From NCBI GenBank assembly GCA_045653705.1, contig JAZOMG010000052.1, forward strand, positions 31,877 to 95,876: a stretch of 64,000 nt of DNA, written 5' to 3'. Made by a program: the position numbers and the translations under genes. How positions within the stretch are numbered: the stretch's first letter is position 1; each line of letters begins with the position of its first letter. The DNA is from Eubacteriales bacterium. Its GTDB lineage: Bacteria > Bacillota > Clostridia > Oscillospirales > CAG-272. Below, in pieces: positions 27,023-36,789 of the stretch. A model generated the notes under the pieces. The model was not told where the DNA came from, ran no database searches, and saw nothing but the letters and a program-made list of their open reading frames with translations.

Positions 27023-27910
27023 TCATTCTATGTTCTGTATCTGCTCGCGTATCTTTTCTATCTCGCACTTGATGTCTACGACCAGCTTTGCGATAGACGC
27101 GTTCTGACACTTTGAGCCTATGGTGTTTGTCTCGCGGTTTATCTCCTGAACGAGAAAATCAAGGCGGCGACCCACGGGCTCGTCGGAGCGAAGTATATCC
27201 TCAAAGCCGTCAAAGTGAGAGCGAAGCCGTACAAGCTCCTCGTCAATGGCGATCCTGTCCGCAAAAACGGCGCATTCGGTGAGTATCCTGTTTTCGTCGA
27301 ACACTATGCGGTTATCCGATAGCATCTCTCTCAGCCTTGCCTCCAGCTTTTCCTTGTAGGATACCGTGTCGGCTTCCGAAAGCTTCTCTATGCTGTCCAC
27401 ACGCGAGCGTATGGCGTTTACCTTTGACACAAGGTCGGCTTCTATATTCTGCCCCTCGCGGGCTCTTCCCGAAAGGAATTTTTCGGTAGCCTCATCGAGA
27501 ACCGAGGATACGTCTGCCCAATCCTGTTCGGCATCCTCTTCGGGCTTTTTGATGATGAAAATATCTCGGTTCTGCGCAACGCTCATAATACTGATATCAT
27601 CCCGAAGTCCAAAGCGTTCCCCGAGAGAACGGAGAGCCGAAACGTAAGCTCCCGCATAGCCCTCGTCGATGGCGATATCCGCGCTTGGCGTGTCTACCAC
27701 GTCAATGCCTATAAATACGTCTACCTTACCTCGGGTAATTCCCGCCCCTTGCAGATGGGGCTTTATTTTTTCTTCAAGAAAGGAGAAAGCGCGAGGCAGC
27801 TTTACCGAGCAATCGAAAAAGCGGTTGTTTACCGAGCGTATCTCAACTGTTATGTCCTTGCCCCCCACAGTCCGTCTGGCTCTTCCGAAGGCAGTCATAC
27901 TTTTTATCAT
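27023..27910 (-). CDS. YicC/YloC family endoribonuclease
   Basis: [11 protein letters not shown]...[10 protein letters not shown]......P......E...... and the C-terminal ...EINRE.NTIGSK. Confidence 0.9.
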   Translation of the reverse strand: MIKSMTAFGRARRTVGGKDITVEIRSVNNRFFDCSVKLPRAFSFLEEKIKPHLQGAGITRGKVDVFIGIDVVDTPSADIAIDEGYAGAYVSALRSLGERFGLRDDISIMSVAQNRDIFIIKKPEEDAEQDWADVSSVLDEATEKFLSGRAREGQNIEADLVSKVNAIRSRVDSIEKLSEADTVSYKEKLEARLREMLSDNRIVFDENRILTECAVFADRIAIDEELVRLRSHFDGFEDILRSDEPVGRRLDFLVQEINRETNTIGSKCQNASIAKLVVDIKCEIEKIREQIQNIE

Positions 27911-28112
27911 AGCGAACTATCCTTTCACAGAATGAAAATAAATATACTCATACATAATAATTATAAACTTTTTTTAATGAATTGTCAACCGCATTTTTTG
28001 ATTTTGGGGTGTTTCGTACAATTATTTAATATATTATAGCTCCTTTTGGTATCATTTTTACAGCTTTTGAAAAAATATTTTTAAAAATATCGATAAAATA
28101 TTAAAAAAGGAC

Positions 28113-28141
28113 TTGAAATTATTGGAGAAATGGTGTAAAAT
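28113..28141 (+). promoter_or_regulatory. Candidate promoter of efp
   Basis: TTGAAA (28113-28118), 17-nt spacer, TAAAAT (28136-28141). Confidence 0.4.
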
Positions 28142-28200
28142 AAAATGAAAATATATGCGCCCGCGCATACTACGTAAAATATTTTGGAGGTATATAAAAA

Positions 28201-28758
28201 ATGGTAGTAGCAGGAGATTTCAAAAACGGTATCACCTTTGATATGGACGGAAGCGTTTATCAGGTAATCGAATTCCAGCACGTTAAGCCCGGAAAGGGAG
28301 CTGCGTTCGTTCGTACCAAGATCAAGAACGTTATCACAGGAGCTGTTATCGAGAGAACGTTCAGCCCCACGGATAAGTTTGAGAACGCCTATATCGAAAG
28401 AAAGGAAATGCAGTATTCCTATAACGACGGCGACCTTTATTACTTTATGGATATGGAGAGCTTTGATATGCTCCCCCTTAACAGCGGCAAGCTTCCCGAC
28501 AGCTTCAAGGTCGTAAAGGAAAAGATGATGTGTAAGGTAGTATCCTACAAGGGTAACGTATTCGGAGTTGAGCCCCCCACGTTCGTAGAGCTTACGGTTA
28601 CACAGACCGACCCCGGCTTTGCAGGCAACACGGCTACAAATACTCTCAAGCCCGCAACCCTTGAGACAGGCGCTGTTATAAAGGTTCCGCTCTTCATCAA
28701 CGAGGGTGAGACACTTAAGATAGACACCAGAACAGGCGAATATCTGTCCCGCGCTTAA
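28201..28758 (+). CDS. efp: Elongation factor P
   Basis: 185 aa. ...DFKNG......[21 protein letters not shown]...G. Confidence 0.95.
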   Translation: MVVAGDFKNGITFDMDGSVYQVIEFQHVKPGKGAAFVRTKIKNVITGAVIERTFSPTDKFENAYIERKEMQYSYNDGDLYYFMDMESFDMLPLNSGKLPDSFKVVKEKMMCKVVSYKGNVFGVEPPTFVELTVTQTDPGFAGNTATNTLKPATLETGAVIKVPLFINEGETLKIDTRTGEYLSRA

Positions 28759-28794
28759 TTTGAATTAAAATAATATAATTTTTGGAGGCTTATT

Positions 28795-29262
28795 ATGACG
28801 ATCAATGAAAAGGCATCTTACATCAAGGGTCTTGCAGACGGCGTAGAGCTTGATACTACAACAAAAGAGGGTAAGCTCATATCCGTGCTTATCGACCTTG
28901 TTTCCGATATGGCTAAGGCTATTTCCGAGCTTGAAGAGGATGTTGATACAGCATTCGACTATTGCGAGGAGCTTGACGAGGACCTTGGAGCAGTTGAAGA
29001 GATGATGCTCGATGACAATTGCGACTGCGACTGTGACTGCGACGACTACGATGATTTCGAGTGCGACGGCGATTGCGATTGCTGCGATGAGGATTGCGAG
29101 CTTGCAGACGAGGACTACTTTGAGGTAGAGTGCCCCGCTTGCGGCGAAACTATCTGCTTCGACGGCTCTATCGACCCCGAGGAGCTTGCTTGCCCCGCTT
29201 GCGGCGAGAAGTTCGAGTGCATCGTTTCCGAAGAGGAGCTTGAGGCTACCGACGCTGAGTGA
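28795..29262 (+). CDS. Highly acidic Asp/Cys-rich protein with C-terminal double CPACG zinc ribbon (resembles 'CD1247 N-terminal domain' proteins of Clostridia)
   Basis: 155 aa. A helical N-terminal domain, then DDNCDCDCDCDDYDDFECDGDCDCCDEDCE, then ECPACGETICF...ACPACGEKFEC. Good RBS (GGAGG). Confidence 0.7.
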   Translation: MTINEKASYIKGLADGVELDTTTKEGKLISVLIDLVSDMAKAISELEEDVDTAFDYCEELDEDLGAVEEMMLDDNCDCDCDCDDYDDFECDGDCDCCDEDCELADEDYFEVECPACGETICFDGSIDPEELACPACGEKFECIVSEEELEATDAE

Positions 29263-29339
29263 GATAGTTAGCTCGCGACGGCTTTTTGGACTGCCGCATT
29301 TTGCGCGTAACGAAAACACACGGAAAATATAATAAAAAT

Positions 29340-29380
29340 CGCTCTCACTGTTGGAAAAACGACGGTGGGAGCGCTTTTTT
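29340..29380 (+). terminator. Rho-independent terminator after the efp / acidic-protein unit
   Basis: CGCTCTCAC...GTGGGAGCG stem followed by TTTTTT. Confidence 0.7.
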
Positions 29381-29412
29381 GGAATGTATATAGAAAAAAG
29401 TGAAAAAAACTC

Positions 29413-29441
29413 TTGACATTTGTCGGGAAAAGTGATATAAT
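29413..29441 (+). promoter_or_regulatory. Consensus sigma-A promoter of rpmG-secE-nusG-rplKA
   Basis: TTGACA (29413-29418), 17-nt spacer, TATAAT (29436-29441). Leaves a ~145-nt leader before rpmG. Confidence 0.7.
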
Positions 29442-29591
29442 GGCTCTACCTCTGCGAGCAGGCTTTTTTGTTGTGCCCGAATGCGCCATGCCGAAAGGCT
29501 TCGGACAGACCCTGCCCGATGAGGGAGGTACACAAGACCCAAGGGGGAAGCCCCCGCGGTCAAATAAAAAGAAATGGGAGGTGCCGCTAAT

Positions 29592-29753
29592 ATGGCTAAT
29601 GATGCAAGAGTCAAGATTACTCTCGTATGCACAGAGTGCAAGCAGAGAAATTACGACACAAAGAAGAACAAGAAAAACGATCCTGACAGACTTGAGCTGA
29701 AAAAGTACTGCAAGTTTTGCCGCAAGCACACTCTTCACAAAGAATCTAAGTAA
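29592..29753 (+). CDS. rpmG: 50S ribosomal protein L33
   Basis: Below the ORF-track size cut-off. My translation is [62 protein letters not shown] upstream. Confidence 0.92.
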   Translation: MANDARVKITLVCTECKQRNYDTKKNKKNDPDRLELKKYCKFCRKHTLHKESK

Positions 29754-29767
29754 TTTGGGAGGAGAGT

Positions 29768-30049
29768 ATGGCAGATAAGGAAAAAAAGGTAGCTGAAGCC
29801 GAGGCAAAGTCTAAGAAGCCTGCTAAAGAGAAAAAGGAAAAGAAAAAGGGCAGACTTAAAGAGGCTTGGAAAGGCTTTAACAGCGAGAGAAAGAAAATTG
29901 TCTGGCCGACATGGAAGCAAGTATTAAAAAATACCCTTGTCGTACTTGTCGTTGTCGGTAGCTGCGCGGTTGTTATCGCAGCGCTTGACATTACGTTCCA
30001 CGAGGGAATTAAAGCTCTGCCCAAGCTGATAAACAGCATTAAAGCGTAA
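29768..30049 (+). CDS. secE: Preprotein translocase subunit SecE
   Basis: Lys-rich N-terminus, ...ERKKIVWPTWKQV...TLVVLVVV... single TM; conserved rpmG-secE-nusG order. Confidence 0.88.
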   Translation: MADKEKKVAEAEAKSKKPAKEKKEKKKGRLKEAWKGFNSERKKIVWPTWKQVLKNTLVVLVVVGSCAVVIAALDITFHEGIKALPKLINSIKA

Positions 30050-30061
30050 GAGGGTAGAGAC

Positions 30062-30598
30062 ATGAGCGACATTAATGAAATGAATGTTGGCGTGAGATGG
30101 TATGTGGCGCACACCTACTCGGGCTACGAAAACAAGGTAAAGGCAAGCCTTGAAAAAATCATTGAAAACAGAGGACTCGGACACCTGTTCTTTGATATCA
30201 AGATCCCTGTGGAGACCGTTGTAGAGAAAAACGGCGATACCGAAAAAGAGGTCGAGATGAAGGTATTCCCCAGCTACGTTCTTATCAAAATGATAATGAC
30301 CGATGAGAGCTGGCACGCAGTCAGAAATATTACGGGAGTTACAGGCTTTGTTGGCCCCGGATCCCGTCCTACGCCCCTTACAGAGGCTGAGGTTGACGCG
30401 TTGAATATCGAGAGCAAGCGTGTTGAGCTGCTCGTAAAGGTCGGAGACAACGTCGAGATATGCGGCGGCTTGTTCGAGGGCTATACGGGAATCGTTCAGT
30501 CTGTTTCCGATGATCTTAAGAAAATTACGGTGCTCGTAAAGAGAGGTCGCCGTGATATGCCTGTTGAGCTTGACGCAAACGACGTGAAGCTTGCGTAA
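30062..30598 (+). CDS. nusG: Transcription termination/antitermination factor NusG
   Basis: WYV.HTYSGYENKVK..LE......, NGN + KOW (G..V.I..G.F.G..G.V). Confidence 0.95.
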   Translation: MSDINEMNVGVRWYVAHTYSGYENKVKASLEKIIENRGLGHLFFDIKIPVETVVEKNGDTEKEVEMKVFPSYVLIKMIMTDESWHAVRNITGVTGFVGPGSRPTPLTEAEVDALNIESKRVELLVKVGDNVEICGGLFEGYTGIVQSVSDDLKKITVLVKRGRRDMPVELDANDVKLA

Positions 30599-30677
30599 GT
30601 GACGTTGTCACAAAAGTGGGAGGGAGAAAAATTTTTGAATTCTCCCGTATAAATACCACAATGGAGGTAATTTTAAA

Positions 30678-31103
30678 ATGGCAAAGAAAGTTATGGGTTA
30701 CATCAAGCTGCAATTGCCCGCAGGTAAGGCTACACCCCAGCCCCCCGTAGGTCCCGCGCTTGGTCAGTACGGTGTTGCAATTCCCGTATTTACAAAGGAA
30801 TTCAACGAAAGAACAAAAAATGATATGGGTCTCATTATCCCCGTTGTTATCACGGTATATGCAGACCGTTCGTTCACATTTATCACAAAGACTCCCCCTG
30901 CACCCGTTCTTATAAAGAAGGCAGCAGGAATCGAATCCGGCTCCGCAAAGCCTAACAAGACTAAGGTTGCAAAGATAACCAGCGAGCAGGTTCGTAAGAT
31001 AGCTGAGACAAAGATGCCCGACCTTAACGCGGCTTCCATCGAGACCGCTATGAGCATGGTTGCGGGAACTGCGCGCAGCATGGGCGTAGTAGTTGAGGAC
31101 TAA
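30678..31103 (+). CDS. rplK: 50S ribosomal protein L11
   Basis: [31 protein letters not shown]. Confidence 0.96.
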   Translation: MAKKVMGYIKLQLPAGKATPQPPVGPALGQYGVAIPVFTKEFNERTKNDMGLIIPVVITVYADRSFTFITKTPPAPVLIKKAAGIESGSAKPNKTKVAKITSEQVRKIAETKMPDLNAASIETAMSMVAGTARSMGVVVED

Positions 31104-31117
31104 GGAGGATTATGAAA

Positions 31118-31804
31118 ATGGGAAAGAAATATACAGACAGCGTAAAGCTGATCGATAAGAGCAAGGCTTATGATCCTTCCGAGGCTCTGGATCTGGTTTG
31201 CCAGACATCCAAGGCTAAGTTTGACGAGACTATTGAAATCCACATTCGTTTGGGCGTTGACTCCCGTCATGCTGACCAGCAGGTTAGAGGCGCGGTAGTG
31301 CTTCCCAACGGAACAGGTAAGAACGTAAAGGTTCTCGTATTCGCTAAGGGCGACAACGTTGCTAAGGCAGAGGCAGCAGGAGCTGACTACGTTGGCGGAC
31401 CTGAGTACGCAGAGAAGATCATGCAGGAAAACTGGTTTGATTTCGACGTTGTAATCGCAAGCCCCGATATGATGGGCGTTATCGGTAAGCTCGGTAAGGT
31501 TCTCGGACCTAAGGGCTTGATGCCTTCTCCTAAGGCAGGAACCGTTACTCCCGACGTAGCAAAGGCTGTAACCGAGGCTAAGGCAGGTAAGATCGAGTAC
31601 CGTCTCGACAAGACCAACATCATTCACTGCCCCATCGGTAAGGCATCCTTTGGAACAGAGAAGCTCACCGAGAACTTCAACACTCTCGTTGGCGCGGTTA
31701 TCAAGGCAAAGCCTGCGGCTGCAAAGGGTCAGTACATTAAGAGCTGCGTTATCGCAAGCACAATGGGCCCCGGAATCAAGATCAATCAGGCAAAGCTTGG
31801 CTAA
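31118..31804 (+). CDS. rplA: 50S ribosomal protein L1
   Basis: [22 protein letters not shown]. The second ATG is preferred (GGAGG 9 nt upstream); the track start at 31112 is also possible. Confidence 0.95.
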   Translation: MGKKYTDSVKLIDKSKAYDPSEALDLVCQTSKAKFDETIEIHIRLGVDSRHADQQVRGAVVLPNGTGKNVKVLVFAKGDNVAKAEAAGADYVGGPEYAEKIMQENWFDFDVVIASPDMMGVIGKLGKVLGPKGLMPSPKAGTVTPDVAKAVTEAKAGKIEYRLDKTNIIHCPIGKASFGTEKLTENFNTLVGAVIKAKPAAAKGQYIKSCVIASTMGPGIKINQAKLG

Positions 31805-31816
31805 TTAAAATAAAAA

Positions 31817-31849
31817 ACAAGGACGTTCACACGAATGTCCTTGTTTTTT
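31817..31849 (+). terminator. Rho-independent terminator after rplA
   Basis: CAAGGAC-GTTCACACGAAT-GTCCTTG followed by TTTTTT. Confidence 0.8.
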
Positions 31850-31862
31850 ATTGTATAACGAA

Positions 31863-32080
31863 GACCACCCGCTAATCGGGTTGTTCCATAGAGGCTTTTG
31901 CCGATGAGTAATCCCGCCGCATCGATAGCCTTCCCCAGCGGGGAAGGCTAAGGATAGTCCCCGCATTTGTGGCTGTAGGGTGGGTTTGCGAGTGTTAGAT
32001 TTTTCGGTGGGCTTTCAGCCCCTCCGATAATATGCCCTTATAGGGCCGAGCAAGCCATCGGCTTAGCCGGTGGTTATGAC
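31863..32080 (+). repeat. ~215-nt hairpin-rich repeat element, copy A (candidate structured RNA or MITE)
   Basis: Colinear with 57634-57832: 60 of 61 nt identical over 31894-31954 vs 57660-57720. Further identical blocks are CCGCATTTGTGGCTGTAG and TTGCGAGTGTTAGATTTTTCGGTGG. Termini are inverted (ACCACCCGC ... GCCGGTGGT). Contains the CCTTCCCCAGCGGGGAAGG hairpin (31929-31947). Confidence 0.85.
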
Positions 32081-32142
32081 TTTTGATTCACTTTTGTAGG
32101 GGTCGACGTTCCCTACAAGATTTCATATTAAACGCCACATAT

Positions 32143-32190
32143 AAAAACACCGCTTTTTCTATCTCAAAAGACAGTAAAAGCGGTGTTTTG
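32143..32190 (-). terminator. Bidirectional stem-loop terminating purC
   Basis: ACACCGCT...AGCGGTGT stem flanked by A-run and T-run. Confidence 0.7.
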
Positions 32191-32240
32191 TATATCTTGG
32201 GGCTGCGTAAATGCAACAGCCTCAATTTTTATTTTATATA

Positions 32241-32939
32241 TTATCTGTTAAGGATAAGCTTTGTAAGCTCAACGGGGTCAACAATCTTGCCGTCCTTGTA
32301 AACTCTCATGTTACCGGACGCGATCTCGTCAATAAGAACTACCTCGCCGTTGTTGTAACCAAACTCAAACTTGATATCCCAAAGGTCAAGACCGATGGTC
32401 TTAAGGTCATCGGCAACTATCTTGGTTATCTTAAGCGTCTGCGCCTTAAGGCTCTCGAACATCTCGGCAGTCATAACCTTAAGAGCTACAAGACCCTCGC
32501 CTGTAACAAGGGGGTCGCCCTTTGCGTCATTCTTAAAGGTACACTCAACGTAACCGCCCTCAAGAGGTGTTCCGTCCTTTATATATTCGCCGTAACGGCG
32601 GATAAAGCTGCCCGTAGCTACGAGACGGCAAATAACCTCAAGTCCACCGCCGCCAAGCTCCTTACCGAAGCACTCTGCGGGAAGAACCTCCATTGTAGCC
32701 TCGTCAATGTTTGCGCTTACGTAGTGGGTCTTGATGCCAGCCGCCTTAAGCATTTCAAAATAATATACAGAGGTCTGAAGATTTGCCTTACCAATGCCCT
32801 CAATAGTAAGTCCAACGGTATTCTCACCGGGATCAAACACTCCGTCCTTGCCTGTGCAATCGTCCTTGAACTTCAGCATTACGTTGCCGTTATCAAGAGC
32901 GTACACGTCCTTTGTTTTTCCTTCGTAAACCTTTTTCAT
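32241..32939 (-). CDS. purC: Phosphoribosylaminoimidazole-succinocarboxamide synthase
   Basis: [13 protein letters not shown].......L.FKDD.T...G....G. Confidence 0.92.
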   Translation of the reverse strand: MKKVYEGKTKDVYALDNGNVMLKFKDDCTGKDGVFDPGENTVGLTIEGIGKANLQTSVYYFEMLKAAGIKTHYVSANIDEATMEVLPAECFGKELGGGGLEVICRLVATGSFIRRYGEYIKDGTPLEGGYVECTFKNDAKGDPLVTGEGLVALKVMTAEMFESLKAQTLKITKIVADDLKTIGLDLWDIKFEFGYNNGEVVLIDEIASGNMRVYKDGKIVDPVELTKLILNR

Positions 32940-33040
32940 AGATAAGCTCCTTTGCTTTTTATAACTTCGGTTATTATTATATCACTATTTTTTTTATTTG
33001 TACAGATATTTTTTGAAAAAATTTGCTCACAGACCGAAAT

Positions 33041-34138
33041 TTATTTGATTTCAATGCGCCTGAGAAGATTAGATACGGTATCAGCCATACATACCATACC
33101 GAAATCGGTAGGATGAGTGCCGTCTACTGTTGCACAATCGGCATATTCTCTGTTAAAGAAGCCTTCTCCGTCGATAAAGTACACGTTTCTGTCGCCGTTT
33201 TCCACGTACGCCTTATGGAAGCTGTCAAGCACCACCTGTCTGCGAAGCACCGAATCCTTCATATCCGTACCGCTCTTGAGGAAGTCGGGGCGGCTTAACA
33301 TAACGTAGGGAAGCTCGGGATATGCGGCTCTTATCTTCTCGTACATTTTGTAATGTGTTTCTCTCAGATATTCCACGTTGGGGGCATTGTGGTCATAATC
33401 GGAAATAAATACCGACATAGGGAGTCCCGACATATATTCGACTATGGCATCCTCCGCCTTGCCGTTACCCGAAAAGCCCAGATTTACATAGTCGATATTA
33501 AGCCGTCTCGAAACCACAGCGGGGTAGGCTATACCCGAACGGGATGCGCATCCGCCCTGTGTTATGGAGCTTCCGTAAAATATTACGGGACGCTCGTTGC
33601 GGTAACGCGCTCCCGCGCCTACCGCCGCACCCTCGGCAAGTCCTACCGACAGGCTGCTGACCTCTCCGTAAAGCGGAAAATTCACGGTTATATACCGCAT
33701 TTTTCTATCGGGAAATTTGATTATAGAGGTGAAGTTATCTACTATGTCGTATGGGGGCTTAAAGGTGTCATAGAATATAGACTCACCCGTTGATGGGTCA
33801 TCTATATACATATCAAAGCCCGCCGACATCTGCATGGTAGCGTGGTACATTCTGTGTATGCGGGGCAGGGTAGCGCGGATGACTACGCAATCGGAATCGG
33901 TGGAGAAGCGCAATCTTCCTCCCGCGGTGCATTTGTAAAGTCCAACAACGCCCGCGCTTGTAGCCTCAGCCACACTGTCGGGAAGTCTTTTGAATACGTC
34001 CTGACCCTTGGGGTCGTAAAAGCCGTAAAGCTCAAATGGCTCTTCCTTTACGTTGTAATACACTATATCGTCTCTTTTTATAGACGAGGTTCCTTTCATT
34101 CTGAAATCAAGCTCAGAAATATCAAGAAGCTTTGCCAT
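33041..34138 (-). CDS. SGNH/GDSL hydrolase family protein
   Basis: Block I FYGSSITQGG, and a C-terminal DGTHPTD (block V) in a 365-aa protein with an N-terminal beta-rich domain. Confidence 0.7.
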   Translation of the reverse strand: MAKLLDISELDFRMKGTSSIKRDDIVYYNVKEEPFELYGFYDPKGQDVFKRLPDSVAEATSAGVVGLYKCTAGGRLRFSTDSDCVVIRATLPRIHRMYHATMQMSAGFDMYIDDPSTGESIFYDTFKPPYDIVDNFTSIIKFPDRKMRYITVNFPLYGEVSSLSVGLAEGAAVGAGARYRNERPVIFYGSSITQGGCASRSGIAYPAVVSRRLNIDYVNLGFSGNGKAEDAIVEYMSGLPMSVFISDYDHNAPNVEYLRETHYKMYEKIRAAYPELPYVMLSRPDFLKSGTDMKDSVLRRQVVLDSFHKAYVENGDRNVYFIDGEGFFNREYADCATVDGTHPTDFGMVCMADTVSNLLRRIEIK

Positions 34139-34154
34139 ACAGTCTCCCTTTTTG

Positions 34155-35102
34155 TTATCCTAACAGCGCCGCGCCTATAATTCCCGCATCGTTGCCAAGC
34201 TTAGCTATACGAAGCTCGGGAAGGTCGTCGATAACTCCGCCGCCGTATGCTTCCTTTCTCACTATGGGCAACAGGTCGTCAATAAGCGACTGACCCTCGT
34301 TAGACACTCCGCCGCCGAGAGAAATTACCTCAGGCTGGAATATGTTTACGATGGTGGCGATTCCCGAAGCCAAATATTTAATGTATTTCTCGTAGACCTC
34401 TTTTGCCGCTTCGTCGCCCGCTCTCATACAGTCGCAAGCCGTTCTTCCCGAAACTCTCTCGGCGTCAAGAAGCATACTTGCCCTGCCATTCTCACGGCAC
34501 TCGGCAATCTTCTCGTTGGTCATACGGATAAGCGCCGTAGCCGAGGAATAGGCCTCCCAACAGCCCTTACGTCCGCAAGAGCAGGGAACGCCGTCTACCT
34601 CGATAACGATGTGTCCGAGCTCTCCGCCCGCGCTGTTGAAGCCCGCGTATATCTTATTGTCGATAATGATACCGCCGCCAACGCCTGTACCGAGAGTTAT
34701 CATAACACTGTTGGTAGTTCCGCGCGCCGCGCCTGTAACAGCTTCACCCCAAGCGGCGGCGTTTGCATCGTTGGCTATCTTGATATTCTTGAAATTCAGC
34801 TCCTTGCCGAGAAGCTCAGCCAAGGGGAACTTTCTGAAATGAAGATTGTTTGCGTATTCAACAACGCCCGTAGCAAGGTTAGCTACACCGGGGGTAGCTA
34901 TTCCGATAGCCTCGATATCATTCATTGTAATGCCGTGGTCAGCGCAAAGCGAAACGCAAAGCTTTGCCATATCGGCAACGATAGCCTCTCCCGCTCTGTC
35001 AGCTCCCGTGGGGATGCTCTTTTTTCTAACGAGATTCATCTCGCTATCTACAAGTCCTGCGGCGATATTAGTACCGCCAAGGTCAATACCTATTCTATAC
35101 AT
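34155..35102 (-). CDS. glcK: ROK family glucokinase
   Basis: IGIDLGGTNIA.G.V, ANDANAAAWGE, GTGVGGGII, Zn motif GHI....G..C.CG..GCWE.Y.S. Confidence 0.85.
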   Translation of the reverse strand: MYRIGIDLGGTNIAAGLVDSEMNLVRKKSIPTGADRAGEAIVADMAKLCVSLCADHGITMNDIEAIGIATPGVANLATGVVEYANNLHFRKFPLAELLGKELNFKNIKIANDANAAAWGEAVTGAARGTTNSVMITLGTGVGGGIIIDNKIYAGFNSAGGELGHIVIEVDGVPCSCGRKGCWEAYSSATALIRMTNEKIAECRENGRASMLLDAERVSGRTACDCMRAGDEAAKEVYEKYIKYLASGIATIVNIFQPEVISLGGGVSNEGQSLIDDLLPIVRKEAYGGGVIDDLPELRIAKLGNDAGIIGAALLG

Positions 35103-35157
35103 ACTAAAAATCCTTTCTTTAGGCTTTATATGACTATATTATAATATTTTATGGGCT

Positions 35158-35841
35158 TCAAGTCAATAGACTTTTTTCTTTTTTGTTGGTATTTTTTAAC
35201 ACTCCGTGGGGGCATATATCCCACAGAGGGCATTCATGGCACTCGGGCGCTCTTGCCTTGCAGGTGTCTCTGCCAAACTGAACTATCCTGTGGCAGAAAT
35301 CCGACTGCTTTTCCCCCTCCACAAGCTCGGACATTATGCGCTCGGTACGCAGAGGGTCTTTCATTCCCTCCTTGTACATTCCAAACCGTCCGCAGATACG
35401 CATACAGTGGGTGTCCGCCACTATGGCGGGCTTTCCGTATACGTCACCAAGCAAAAGGTTGGCTATCTTTCTGCCAACACCGGGGAAGGTCAACAGCTCG
35501 TCCATACTGTCTGGCAGAACTCCCCCATAGCCGTCACGCAAAAGAATACAGGAAGCCTTTATGCTCTCAGCCTTGGAGCGGAAAAGTCCGCAGGGGCGAA
35601 TTATGCTTTCTATATCCGAAAGGGGAGCGTCGGCAAGCTCTCCGAGGGTGGGATATTTTCCAAAAAGCTCACGGCAAACAATATTGACCCTCGCATCGGT
35701 GCATTGCGCCGAAAGTCTGCCCATAACCAATAGCTTCCATGGCTCGCCCTGCCAATCAAGAGCGCAGACAGCGTCGGGGTATATCTCTTCAAGCCGCCTG
35801 ACTATCTCTGCCATAAGCTCCTTTTTTTGCTTCTTTGTCAT
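35158..35841 (-). CDS. nth: Endonuclease III
   Basis: HhH-GPD (L..PGVGRK.AN..L), D at the active site, C-terminal 4Fe-4S Cys cluster C.....P.C..CP....C. Confidence 0.92.
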   Translation of the reverse strand: MTKKQKKELMAEIVRRLEEIYPDAVCALDWQGEPWKLLVMGRLSAQCTDARVNIVCRELFGKYPTLGELADAPLSDIESIIRPCGLFRSKAESIKASCILLRDGYGGVLPDSMDELLTFPGVGRKIANLLLGDVYGKPAIVADTHCMRICGRFGMYKEGMKDPLRTERIMSELVEGEKQSDFCHRIVQFGRDTCKARAPECHECPLWDICPHGVLKNTNKKEKSLLT

Positions 35842-35844
35842 AGC

Positions 35845-36633
35845 TTACTTCTTAGCGGTAAAGTAGGTTCCCACGTGTCCGCCGTCCATCAGTGTATAGA
35901 GTATCTCGGGGTCGTGACCGTTGAGTATAAACATGGGAATACCCGCCTCGGTGGCTATTTTCGCCGCTTGAAGCTTGGCTATCATACCGCCCGTTCCTCT
36001 CTCTGTACCAGCGTCACCCGCGCCCGCGTAGATAGCATCTATATCGTCTACACGGGATATAAGAGTAGCATCGGGATTGCTTCGGGGGTCGCTGTCGTAA
36101 AGTCCGTCGATATCGGACAGATTGAGAAGCAGGTCGGCTTTACAAAGCTTTGCCACGTATGCCGAAAGTATGTCGTTTCCGCCGAACTTCGTAAGCTCGT
36201 CTGTGGATACCGAGTCGTGTTCGTTTACTATGGGAATACAGCGCATCTGGAGCAGACGGTCAAAGGTGTTCTCAGCCGGCGTGCTCCTTTCGGGGGTGGT
36301 GAGGACTTCCTTGGTCATCAGCACCTGCGCCACAGTATGTCCGTAGTCCGAAAAGAAGCGGTCGTATATCTTCATAAGCTCGCTCTGTCCGATAGCCGCC
36401 ATAGCCTGCTTTTCCTCGGGGGCTTTGGGAAAGTTTCCGAAGCCTACCTTGGCAACACCCGCGCTGACAGCTCCCGATGAAACGAGAACTATCTGCATAC
36501 CCGAATTGTGCAGATCGGACAGCACCTTAACTATTCTCTCTATTCTGCGAAGATTGAGGTGACCCGTATTGTGGGTGGGGGTAGACGTACCCAGCTTTAC
36601 CACCGTTCTTCGGCTATCCCTGAAATAATTCAT
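35845..36633 (-). CDS. proB: Glutamate 5-kinase (short form, no PUA domain)
   Basis: VVKLGTS........L.......V..L..L...G..IVLVSSGAV.AG. Confidence 0.9.
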   Translation of the reverse strand: MNYFRDSRRTVVKLGTSTPTHNTGHLNLRRIERIVKVLSDLHNSGMQIVLVSSGAVSAGVAKVGFGNFPKAPEEKQAMAAIGQSELMKIYDRFFSDYGHTVAQVLMTKEVLTTPERSTPAENTFDRLLQMRCIPIVNEHDSVSTDELTKFGGNDILSAYVAKLCKADLLLNLSDIDGLYDSDPRSNPDATLISRVDDIDAIYAGAGDAGTERGTGGMIAKLQAAKIATEAGIPMFILNGHDPEILYTLMDGGHVGTYFTAKK

Positions 36634-36789
36634 AAAATCTTCCTTTTCTTATGTAAATTTTCGAAAACCCCTTTAAATTTCCGAATTTTTGTATTATAAT
36701 ATTGATATATATTATACACTCTTTCAAAAGAGTTTTCAAGTAGATTTTAAAAACTTTATTACAAACATCAAAGGAGTTCAATTACGAAA

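Noticed and set aside
32940-33040. Purine riboswitch upstream of purC. T-box leaders upstream of pheA, the aro genes, the liv operon and proB were also considered.
   Set aside because: The upstream gaps are only ~100 nt or less (purC, liv), shared with a divergent promoter (proB) or absent (pheA). None shows the conserved purine-aptamer or T-box (AGGGUGGNACCGCG-like) sequence elements.
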